From the IMG/VR virus record IMGVR_UViG_3300031088_000008, positions 160,001 through 224,000 of that record: a DNA stretch of 64,000 bases; one strand, given 5' to 3'. A program made the translations under genes and the position numbers. Within the stretch, counting starts at the first letter, position 1. Each line of letters opens with the position of its first letter. Positions 17,426 to 25,468 of this stretch are shown here, one piece after another. The DNA is from a virus (Duplodnaviria; Caudoviricetes). The notes beneath the pieces are model-generated. The model was not told the origin of the DNA and did not search any database. It was given only the letters and a program-made list of their open reading frames with translations.

Positions 17426-18360
17426 AGCTGACTCAATTCTACCAATGTGGCTGCTAGGTTGATCTCTGCGTCGGCACAAATTGCATGACTGCGGAGACCA
17501 CGTGCGATCACCACAATAGCCGCGCTCTGCACTTCCTCGGTGTCGCCAAACAGTTGAAGATTCTTGTAGAGGAAACGGAAGATGTCCTCGTAATCATTGA
17601 TGTCCGCGCTGCTGACGATCAGCTTTCGTGCCTGCGTGAAGTTCCGTGCCTTGAACAGCTCAACGACATCTTCCATGTAATTGAGTGAAGTAGCACTGGA
17701 TTCCTTCAGGGGCGTCAGTACGCTGTTCTGCGTATGCTGATCTAGAAGATTGATGCACTTTCGAAGATCGGGAAAGGAGTTCCTGACGTACAGTTCCAGA
17801 TCATCAATATCAAACGTGACGTTCTCCAGCGTTAGGATCTCAAGAACCCTACCGTAGAAGCTTTCCATGTCCAGGGAATCAAAGTGGATTCCCTGCATCC
17901 TGCTATGCAGCGCGGCCATGATCTTGTGCGGCAGGTTGCAAGTGATGATGAAACGAACGCTTTCATTGAAACGCTCCATTTCATTACGGAGAATAGCCTG
18001 TGCCTGATGGGTCAGATAGTCGCCCTCATCCAGTAGAACAACCTTGTAGTCGCCATTTGGATAAGTGGAACAGAAGTTGACGATCGTGTCCCGAACATAG
18101 TCAACGCCGTTATCCCTGGATCCATTGAGCTCCAAGATATCATACTTGTTGACGCCCAGTTCGTTGAGCAGAAGTTTTGCCAGGGTTGTCTTACCAACGC
18201 CAGGGCTGCCACTTAGAAGCAGGTGTGGGAAGGGAATGTTCTTGCCCTCTGGATTTTGAATCCAGCTTTCAATCTGTGCTCGAATATGGTCGTTCTTGAA
18301 GACGTATCCCTCGAGCGTGTTGGGGCGGTACTTCTCGACCCAAAGGTCTGGTGTGGACAC
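17422..18360 (-). CDS. sliding clamp loader AAA+ subunit (T4 gp44/RFC-like)
   Basis: LWVEKYRP, GSPGVGKT, LDEGD, LHSRM, FPDLRK; GTG start with SD AGGAG. Confidence 0.93.
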   Translation of the reverse strand: MSTPDLWVEKYRPNTLEGYVFKNDHIRAQIESWIQNPEGKNIPFPHLLLSGSPGVGKTTLAKLLLNELGVNKYDILELNGSRDNGVDYVRDTIVNFCSTYPNGDYKVVLLDEGDYLTHQAQAILRNEMERFNESVRFIITCNLPHKIMAALHSRMQGIHFDSLDMESFYGRVLEILTLENVTFDIDDLELYVRNSFPDLRKCINLLDQHTQNSVLTPLKESSATSLNYMEDVVELFKARNFTQARKLIVSSADINDYEDIFRFLYKNLQLFGDTEEVQSAAIVVIARGLRSHAICADAEINLAATLVELSQL

Positions 18361-18456
18361 TGGAAAACTCCTATCAGGTATGCCACACATTACGGTGTTC
18401 TGGTGTCCAGAGTCAATTTACTCTTGCGTCTCGGTAACCGTTTGCTAAGTTAGATT

Positions 18457-19152
18457 ATGTCTACCAACGAAACGCTTGATGCGCCCGCGGCTCTTGATAC
18501 GCTGAAGGCGTACATGAAGAAGGAAACTGGTCACGCTTACACGGGCTTCCACCGACAGGAACCCTTTCGTGCCCTGATAGGAACGTTGCTCAGCTTACGT
18601 GCTCGTGGAGCAACTGTGGAGCGCGTAGAGAACAGTCTCTTTGAAATAGCATCAACGCCCCAGCAGATCGCCCAGATGCCCGTAGAGGAGCTCTCTGGGC
18701 TTCTACGGCCCCTTGGACACACCAGTCGACGGGTTCAGTTCGTACAACAAACCAGCCAGCAGATTATCGATCGTTTTGGGGGCAAGGTTCCCAACAACAT
18801 GGACGACCTCTTGAGCCTTCCAGGCGTGGGACGAAAAACCGCCAACCTGACCTTGGATTCGGGCTTTGGTCAAACGACCATGACCGTTGACACTCACGTT
18901 CATCGTATCATGAATATCTGGGGTTACGTGGACACCAAGGACGCCAATGAAACCGAAGAGGTCCTGAGGGAAAAACTTCCACGCAAATACTGGAAGTGGT
19001 TCAACCCCTTATTAGTGGACTTTGGTAATCGGGTATGCTGGCCGTCCTCTCCCAAATGTACCCTTTGCCCGTTGCGTGACGAATGCCCGAAACATGGGGT
19101 ACCAGCTTCCGCGCAATCTCGTCTCCACGAAAGCGGTACTTCTCGGGAATAG
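18457..19152 (+). CDS. nth: endonuclease III (HhH-GPD DNA glycosylase/AP lyase, 4Fe-4S)
   Basis: LLSLPGVGRKTAN, VDTHVHR, C-x6-C-x2-C-x5-C. Confidence 0.92.
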   Translation: MSTNETLDAPAALDTLKAYMKKETGHAYTGFHRQEPFRALIGTLLSLRARGATVERVENSLFEIASTPQQIAQMPVEELSGLLRPLGHTSRRVQFVQQTSQQIIDRFGGKVPNNMDDLLSLPGVGRKTANLTLDSGFGQTTMTVDTHVHRIMNIWGYVDTKDANETEEVLREKLPRKYWKWFNPLLVDFGNRVCWPSSPKCTLCPLRDECPKHGVPASAQSRLHESGTSRE

Positions 19153-19840
19153 GATCGCAGCCAAAACGTAGCATGAACATTTTAGCAACATAGGGATCGT
19201 CGAACTCATAGACGTTGCTGGCGTACTGATGCCAACGACGCTGCCACCCATGCTCATCATCTGGGGTAACTTGATGTTGTAGGGTGTCTGCAAACCAGCA
19301 GATCACTTCTATCTCGTCATCTTGGCATTGGCGATCCCTGTAAAGAAACGCACCCGGAACCCAATCAAGATGCGCCCACTGTTGGTGCATGTGACTGAAG
19401 CGGTTAAAGTAGCCGCCATGATCCTGCATGTAGGAAAGGTGGTACTGAATTATGTTGGGAAGTGGGTCACCATAAAGGTGAAGCATATCATCGGCTGTGA
19501 AGTTGCCCCAGATGGATTCATTTCTCCGGGCTGTTTCCTTCATAGTCTCCGTGCTTCGGACTCCACCCCATGTGGCTTGAAAAAGATCCGCTTGCTCAGC
19601 GGTTGGAAAGTTGAAATAGTGAAGATGGGGCCGACCAGCTATGGGAAAGCCGCTTCCACTGTGACTGTAGATGTTTGCTCGAAGATCGCCCGTTACGCAA
19701 CGATCTAATTCAAGATGCTCCTCGATCCAATGCTCGTGATCTTTTCCGCCCCAATCACGTCCGCCCTCAAAAGGCAACTGGATTGAAACGCGCTCAAGAA
19801 GCCAAGTGGCAAAGGTCTTTATGGGGCGGTAGTGCTTCAT
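19001..19840 (-). CDS. two-domain FKLxW-family protein
   Basis: FPTAEQADLFQATWGG and FDDPYVAKMFMLRFG; 3' end overlaps nth. Confidence 0.7.
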   Translation of the reverse strand: MKHYRPIKTFATWLLERVSIQLPFEGGRDWGGKDHEHWIEEHLELDRCVTGDLRANIYSHSGSGFPIAGRPHLHYFNFPTAEQADLFQATWGGVRSTETMKETARRNESIWGNFTADDMLHLYGDPLPNIIQYHLSYMQDHGGYFNRFSHMHQQWAHLDWVPGAFLYRDRQCQDDEIEVICWFADTLQHQVTPDDEHGWQRRWHQYASNVYEFDDPYVAKMFMLRFGCDPIPEKYRFRGDEIARKLVPHVSGIRHATGKGYIWERTASIPDYQSPLIRG

Positions 19841-19870
19841 GCTCCAATATTAGCATTGGCTACCAGTTTG

Positions 19871-20191
19871 TCAAGTCCATCGAAGCTTGAACAACGAGGC
19901 ATTCCTCCGGCGATAGAAAAAGAAGGCATGAAGCCCCTCTGATCCTGGAATAAAGGGCCGGTGTCTCCAGGGATGAATATCACAGGTGAGGTTCGTGATG
20001 TGAGGAACTTTGGGTCCCATTGCATCAAGCCACTCATACAGATCTTCGTGGAGTTTCATGGACAGATAGTCAGCGCGTGATAGAAAGGTGCTCCTCGCGT
20101 GAAAATCATAGGACATCAGGACTGCGTATTCACCACTTGGTGTTATCCAGATCTGTCCGTGTTCATACTCGGATCGGAGCTCATTGCTCAT
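19871..20191 (-). CDS. FKLxW-family small protein
   Basis: ends FYRRRNASLFKLRWT. Confidence 0.8.
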   Translation of the reverse strand: MSNELRSEYEHGQIWITPSGEYAVLMSYDFHARSTFLSRADYLSMKLHEDLYEWLDAMGPKVPHITNLTCDIHPWRHRPFIPGSEGLHAFFFYRRRNASLFKLRWT

Positions 20192-20538
20192 AGTCGATCC
20201 TTGACCAGCTGAAACATGATTGCATCGTGTCGGTCATTGAATGTGAACTTTGTCTCTACTCTCTGAACGTCGCCGGATCCATCTTCCTTGACACGGAAGT
20301 CTCCAAAGGTCCACCGGTCTTTTGTATGTTCGGCGCACCAGTCCTTGCCACGGTTTTGCCACTTCTCGTGCTCGCCCATTCGGACCAGCTTGTCTCGAAT
20401 GTCGTTGAGTGTCACGCTGGTGGAAGTGGTCTTGCCCTGGGACTGGGGATAGCGCTCGTAGGTTCGGATGAACGTTACGTCAACTTCCCAAGCATATCGA
20501 GCAACTTGGTGCTTAATTCTGCTGCCCACTCGGTCCAC
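20188..20538 (-). CDS. FKLxW-family small protein (divergent)
   Basis: ends FNDRHDAIMFQLVKDRL. Confidence 0.7.
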   Translation of the reverse strand: MDRVGSRIKHQVARYAWEVDVTFIRTYERYPQSQGKTTSTSVTLNDIRDKLVRMGEHEKWQNRGKDWCAEHTKDRWTFGDFRVKEDGSGDVQRVETKFTFNDRHDAIMFQLVKDRL

Positions 20539-20837
20539 CGTTCAATGTATTGCTCCGCCCCATCCATAGTGGAGAACTCTATGAAAAGTCTATAATAGTG
20601 TGGACGGTCAGGATCGTCAATCACACGATCATATTTCATACGGTGTCGGATCTTTTGCTCGTCAAGCCACTGGGCTCGCTTGCTCATCTCCTGTCGGAAT
20701 GTATCGCCTTCTTCCATAAAGGCGTGGAGATCTGTCCAGCTACAAGGGCGGAAGATCTGAACATAACAGACGGGATAGAAAAAGGTTTGGATGGAACCCC
20801 TTGAGGTTCCATCCAGTGTGATGGGCTCTGCCTGCAT
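20475..20837 (-). CDS. possible divergent FKLxW-family protein
   Basis: FIEFSTMDGAEQYIERW. Confidence 0.6.
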   Translation of the reverse strand: MQAEPITLDGTSRGSIQTFFYPVCYVQIFRPCSWTDLHAFMEEGDTFRQEMSKRAQWLDEQKIRHRMKYDRVIDDPDRPHYYRLFIEFSTMDGAEQYIERWTEWAAELSTKLLDMLGKLT

Positions 20838-20840
20838 AAA

Positions 20841-21023
20841 TCACCCGTACTTTAGTTTGAACAACAAAGCATCGGAAATATTATGAAATTCAATGTCAAG
20901 CCAGCTTTGGTACTTGTCCTGTATCTGGTGATCCCAGGAATAGTCTTTGACCGTTGCTCTCTGAAACGCGATATAGTCGTTCATGTCATGAAAGTGGAGA
21001 CTGTCACGAACTAAAACGGTCAT
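20841..21023 (-). CDS. FKLxW-family small protein
   Basis: ends FHNISDALLFKLKYG. Confidence 0.7.
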   Translation of the reverse strand: MTVLVRDSLHFHDMNDYIAFQRATVKDYSWDHQIQDKYQSWLDIEFHNISDALLFKLKYG

Positions 21024-21033
21024 TTTAAGTGGA

Positions 21034-21375
21034 TTAGAAGGGGCAGTCATCCTGAACACCCAATACACCAGTTACGTCCACGCGCTGAACATAATGTACT
21101 TCATCGGCGCTCTCGGGAATCTCAGCTTCAACGCCATAGGTCCAACGACCATGTTCCACTAGAACCCACTGTCCAGCCTTGATGTCAGTCTGCTCATGAC
21201 CAACGCGCCAGACCTGTGCCCAGCGAGGACGGATACCCCGATCCTTGCCATTGTCATCAAGCGTGATAATACCACCCTTGGTAACCTTTTCACCCTTTTC
21301 CATGTTGATCACAAGGATGTGATCTCGGACTGGGCGAATGTCACCGCGGATCTTTGAATAATTGTAGCGACTCAT
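21034..21375 (-). CDS. groES: co-chaperonin GroES-like protein
   Basis: IRPVRDHILV...EKVTKGGII...IKAGQWVLV. Confidence 0.8.
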   Translation of the reverse strand: MSRYNYSKIRGDIRPVRDHILVINMEKGEKVTKGGIITLDDNGKDRGIRPRWAQVWRVGHEQTDIKAGQWVLVEHGRWTYGVEAEIPESADEVHYVQRVDVTGVLGVQDDCPF

Positions 21376-21405
21376 TTGAATGTCTCCGGTTACAAACCAA
21401 AGTTC

Positions 21406-21774
21406 TTAGTCGTCACTCTTGTCCACTAGCTTACGACCCCTTGGACGCTGAGCCAATCCCTCAGGAGCATCGGTCTCCGCGACCCTGCTGCTGACCAGAC
21501 GGTTCATTGCTTCCTCTGGAGTTTCGAACACATCAGGAAGTGCGGGCTTCAACGAAACCTGTTTTGCTGCCTGAGGGTTGTTCGCATAGTAGTCACGAGC
21601 AATCTGTTCCCTACGAACCTCGATCTGACCACCGGCGCCCATGATGTCGCCGCGAGCATTCATACGCCCATTGCCGATTGCTCGGCTACTTTCATTTGCG
21701 GCACTCAGCGCGTCCATGTCAATTTCGACACCGCGCATGGAAACTGCCTTGTTCCTAAAACCGTTGCGAGCCAT
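21406..21774 (-). CDS. hypothetical phage protein
   Basis: 122 aa, SD AGGAGG, late promoter upstream. Confidence 0.8.
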   Translation of the reverse strand: MARNGFRNKAVSMRGVEIDMDALSAANESSRAIGNGRMNARGDIMGAGGQIEVRREQIARDYYANNPQAAKQVSLKPALPDVFETPEEAMNRLVSSRVAETDAPEGLAQRPRGRKLVDKSDD

Positions 21775-21831
21775 TGTGGTGCTCCTCCTATACGACCCTA
21801 TGTTCTTATTTATGCGTAGTTAACCAGCGGG

Positions 21832-22365
21832 TTACTTGAGGAACTCTCGAATGTCCAGATCGAACGCCATACTGTCAACACGATGCACGCCAATTAGAAA
21901 AAGTGCATAGGAGGCAACACTGGATCCACGTCCCACACCCCACACGATATCATTCTCACGGAAGTGATTTACCGCATAGACGAGAAAGCGCAGAAGAGGA
22001 ATCATGTTCCTTTCCTCAAAGAGAGTCCACTCGTAGAGTATTCTCTCAATTTGTGCCTCATTCTGGCACTTCATTAGGAGAAACTCCTGGACGTCCAGAC
22101 TTGCATAGGGCTCGGGAATAAACCACTGGCTCTGGTGAGCCTCATCCCAATCCTTGACTGGGAATGTGGGTTCCTGATACTCGCCCACCTGATCGTCGGG
22201 GTGATCGTATTCCTTGCAGAGCGCATTAAAGCGTACCACACCCTCCACAGGGTGGGCCGTCATCTCACTGGTAAGGTGATTTCCCCGCATCAGATGGTCG
22301 ATCAGACCATCCGTGTCAAAGATCACATTTCCCCACTCGTCAGTTGAACGGCCCTTGAACTGCAT
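21832..22365 (-). CDS. DNA polymerase III alpha (DnaE)-like fragment
   Basis: WGVGRGSSVASYALFLIGVHRVDS..FDL...FL matches DnaE GRGS..GS..AY..GIT..DP. Confidence 0.85.
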   Translation of the reverse strand: MQFKGRSTDEWGNVIFDTDGLIDHLMRGNHLTSEMTAHPVEGVVRFNALCKEYDHPDDQVGEYQEPTFPVKDWDEAHQSQWFIPEPYASLDVQEFLLMKCQNEAQIERILYEWTLFEERNMIPLLRFLVYAVNHFRENDIVWGVGRGSSVASYALFLIGVHRVDSMAFDLDIREFLK

Positions 22366-23102
22366 CAGTCTACCTTACCACCATCAATCACGCGGGGACG
22401 GAATTCAGGACGCACAATCACATTGCTGGGTGCCTGTGGATTCGCCATCTGATCCGCAATAAAGCCCAGACTATACGCCCAAGCTGGTGGCTTATTCAAG
22501 TCATCACCTTCGTCGGGGACCACATCCATGCTGGATGCGTCATCGCGATGCCACCAAGGACGCGAGAAGAAGTTGCTTTCAGTGAGCCATTCCACATCGC
22601 TGGCAAAGCTCTCACCGGGACGAAGACCCACAAAGGTAAAGCCCATTCCTCGACCATCGGTGCTCTCGATGTCAATGGCATGGAATGAGAATGCACCCTT
22701 GGTCAGTGCCTTGAACTTGCAGAGCAGAAGTTCCGCCAAGCAGGCATCTGTGGGTTCCTCTGGGCAGAGGATGAGTGCGTTGGTGCAACTGGGACTGTCG
22801 CCTTCAGAAAAGCGATCAAGTGCCCACTCATTGTCGCTGTGAAGCAAGATGGAGTTGTTTAGAACACGCTCTACCCAGTAGCTCATCTTTGCAAGTGCAA
22901 CTTCCATACGGGTACCGTAATCGTCGGAGTCTTCCTCTACGGGAAGGCCCTGATCGTCAACGTGTTCCAGTGTGGACACATCTGCTTTGATCTTGATGGT
23001 GGTGGGAGAAAGCCGCTGATCAATGATCCTGGTAGCCTTGAACTCATAGCGCAGGCTAATGAACAGGTGATTGGGCATGGTGTTGTCGTCGTGTTCGTCC
23101 AT
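22365..23102 (-). CDS. hypothetical phage protein
   Basis: about 245 aa, TGATG coupling to the DnaE fragment. Confidence 0.75.
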   Translation of the reverse strand: MDEHDDNTMPNHLFISLRYEFKATRIIDQRLSPTTIKIKADVSTLEHVDDQGLPVEEDSDDYGTRMEVALAKMSYWVERVLNNSILLHSDNEWALDRFSEGDSPSCTNALILCPEEPTDACLAELLLCKFKALTKGAFSFHAIDIESTDGRGMGFTFVGLRPGESFASDVEWLTESNFFSRPWWHRDDASSMDVVPDEGDDLNKPPAWAYSLGFIADQMANPQAPSNVIVRPEFRPRVIDGGKVD

Positions 23103-23309
23103 TACAGTCCCCAAAGAAGGAACGTAGGAACACTACCGCGGATGCGGCATGAAGGGTTAATTGCTGGCCAGCAACACAACCACAAGACTTGAGCAGCCCT
23201 ATTGGACATCCTGTCGTCGTTCATGGTATTTAGTGCCTGAGCTTCAAAACCCAACCTGTTTCCTACGTTTAATCTCTTATACCATAGTGAACAGGCTGGG
23301 GTCTTGTCA

Positions 23310-23681
23310 TTATTTTTGGTCGTCTTTGTCCGTGTATTCCTTGTGAAACAAGGGAGCAGGAAGATTCTGAGGCTTGCGAGAAGCTGGCTTGACAATCGTT
23401 GTCTTGCTGTCGTCCTCAGGCTCACCCTTGGATGCCTTGAAATCAGGATCGGACTCAACGGTGTCTGGGAACATGGCAACCATGGCGTCGAAGTTTGCCT
23501 TCTGAGCCCTTTCCATTTTCTCCTCATCAATCATTTCCAACATCCATTCCAATTGGTTGATGGTGTCAAGACTGGAACCCCACATGGAGGCACGGCTTAG
23601 GTTACGATGAATGTCCTGCGTTTTCTGCAAGAGCTCATCGTCGCTTAAATCCTTAAAGGAGAGAAATGGATGGTCAATCAA
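23310..23681 (-). CDS. hypothetical protein
   Basis: 123 aa, overlaps the upstream stop. Confidence 0.7.
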   Translation of the reverse strand: MIDHPFLSFKDLSDDELLQKTQDIHRNLSRASMWGSSLDTINQLEWMLEMIDEEKMERAQKANFDAMVAMFPDTVESDPDFKASKGEPEDDSKTTIVKPASRKPQNLPAPLFHKEYTDKDDQK

Positions 23682-24097
23682 ATGTCACCAGACTTTCTGT
23701 TTTCACTACGCTCAATGCTGAACTTGCCACCAGGAAAGCGGCTTTCCAGCTTCTTGACGTTTTCGTCCAAGACCTCGTAGGGGTCCAGACCCAGGGCCGT
23801 GCAGGCGTTTGCAAAGTACCACATCACATCGCCGAGCTCGCGCTTCATATGATACTTATTGGCCTCATCAAAAGGCTTGCCCTGGAAGAGCATCTTCTTG
23901 ACGATTTCCATGAACTCGCCCGACTCTGCACTCATGCCACATGCGCCGGTTAGAAGACGCTCAACATTGCAGCCCTGGTCATACAGGTCACCAACACGAG
24001 CTAGGAATGCGTCCTTGTTCTTGCTGGCATCACTGGTCACGGCATCCACGAAGGCGCCATATTCGTTCAGGTAGTTTTCGCTCATTGGGTTCTCCAT
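23678..24097 (-). CDS. MazG-like nucleotide pyrophosphohydrolase
   Basis: GMSAESGEFMEIVKK...KRELGDVMWY...NVKKLESRFP. Confidence 0.9.
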   Translation of the reverse strand: MENPMSENYLNEYGAFVDAVTSDASKNKDAFLARVGDLYDQGCNVERLLTGACGMSAESGEFMEIVKKMLFQGKPFDEANKYHMKRELGDVMWYFANACTALGLDPYEVLDENVKKLESRFPGGKFSIERSENRKSGDI

Positions 24098-24148
24098 TTG
24101 GATTTATGGATACCCTAACGCACCTGGTGTCCAGAAATCACTATTGGA

Positions 24149-24787
24149 TCACACCGTCCAGAAGCCACTTCTACCAATCGTCACATTGCGGATTCGACCC
24201 TTGAAGATTCGAGCACTGGCGCCCGTTGAGGTGTTATAGGTCCAGTCCGAACCAATTGAAAGGCCGTTTGCCGTCGTGTAGGGGACCGGCATGGCATAGT
24301 CGCCCACTGGGGTGTTGTTGACATACAAGCGGACTCGCGTGCTATCACCCTGAGCGTAAAACATGAATCCCAGACGGTACCATTGCTTTGCCTGGTAATT
24401 GCTTACCATGGTCAAGCTGGTCGTATAGCCGTTGTTGGTCGTGCTGCTATTGAAGAGGATATTGGATCCATTGTGACTGATCGTCCACTCAGGCCAACCC
24501 GCACCAAAGCCTTCACCCAAAGTTGCAATCCATCTGGTACCCGGCTCATCAATGTAAACTTCCATTTCCACACTGTAGGGGGTGGAAAGATGCCACACTG
24601 CATTGTTGTTGGAAAAGCGAACCGCTTGCGTTCCCGTGAACAGCATATAGTTGGACACTGTTGTGGGACGAGCATTGTTGGAGAGGCTGGACTGTCCACC
24701 GCTTACCTGATTGGTAAAGCTGTTGGTCATGCGAAGCAATAGGTCGGTTCGCGGCACACCATCGTATAGAATTGTTCCTACCAGCAT
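24149..24787 (-). CDS. LamG/concanavalin-like domain virion protein
   Basis: beta-rich; QWYRL, LYVNN, FKGRIRNVTI. Confidence 0.7.
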   Translation of the reverse strand: MLVGTILYDGVPRTDLLLRMTNSFTNQVSGGQSSLSNNARPTTVSNYMLFTGTQAVRFSNNNAVWHLSTPYSVEMEVYIDEPGTRWIATLGEGFGAGWPEWTISHNGSNILFNSSTTNNGYTTSLTMVSNYQAKQWYRLGFMFYAQGDSTRVRLYVNNTPVGDYAMPVPYTTANGLSIGSDWTYNTSTGASARIFKGRIRNVTIGRSGFWTV

Positions 24788-24790
24788 TGC

Positions 24791-25468
24791 TTACTCCTTG
24801 GGATCATCAGTGCTACCCTCACCGGTAACAGGCTTGGTTGGGCCCTTGGGTTCACCAACGGTAATGAAAACGCACTTGGGCTCACTGGCTTGTCCACGAT
24901 CATTTACCATAACGTAGCTAAAGCTGTCATAGCCCTCCCAATCCATTTCAGGAATAAAGATCAAGCTGTGGCGATCATCGGAAAGCCGAACGTATCCACG
25001 ACGGGGCTCCGTGAGGATAACTGGCTCACAAAAATACCCTGCGAGCATCTGGCCCTCAATGGTGTTCTTTGTTTGTGCGCCCTGGATGTTGTTGACATCA
25101 ATGGTGTACTCGGGAAGATCATAGTTGAAAGCACCATCAGCATAGACTTTCAGCGTTCCCTCTAGGATGGGATCCTGAAAGTAAATTACCTGGCCACTGA
25201 CACGAAAGGCCCTGAAGGTCTTACCAAAATCCAACGTGCTGTTGACGAGACGGAAGCCATCATGCCACACCTCAACCCACGCGGGATTGTAGGGAAGAGT
25301 GTCCATGAACATTCCATAGACAGGTCTGAAATCCGGAGCCGTGTTGTCGATTGGAATGAATGTAACGCGGGCTCCACGAGGAATGTTTGATTCCAACTTG
25401 GGGCACGCAAAATCAATTACATTGGCATGCGTTTGCACAAACCTAGTATTGGTCAAACTAACGCTCAT
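24791..25468 (-). CDS. virion structural protein with C-terminal Ig-like domain
   Basis: P..GYV...FIP...WEGYDSFSY motif; TAATG coupling. Confidence 0.7.
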   Translation of the reverse strand: MSVSLTNTRFVQTHANVIDFACPKLESNIPRGARVTFIPIDNTAPDFRPVYGMFMDTLPYNPAWVEVWHDGFRLVNSTLDFGKTFRAFRVSGQVIYFQDPILEGTLKVYADGAFNYDLPEYTIDVNNIQGAQTKNTIEGQMLAGYFCEPVILTEPRRGYVRLSDDRHSLIFIPEMDWEGYDSFSYVMVNDRGQASEPKCVFITVGEPKGPTKPVTGEGSTDDPKE

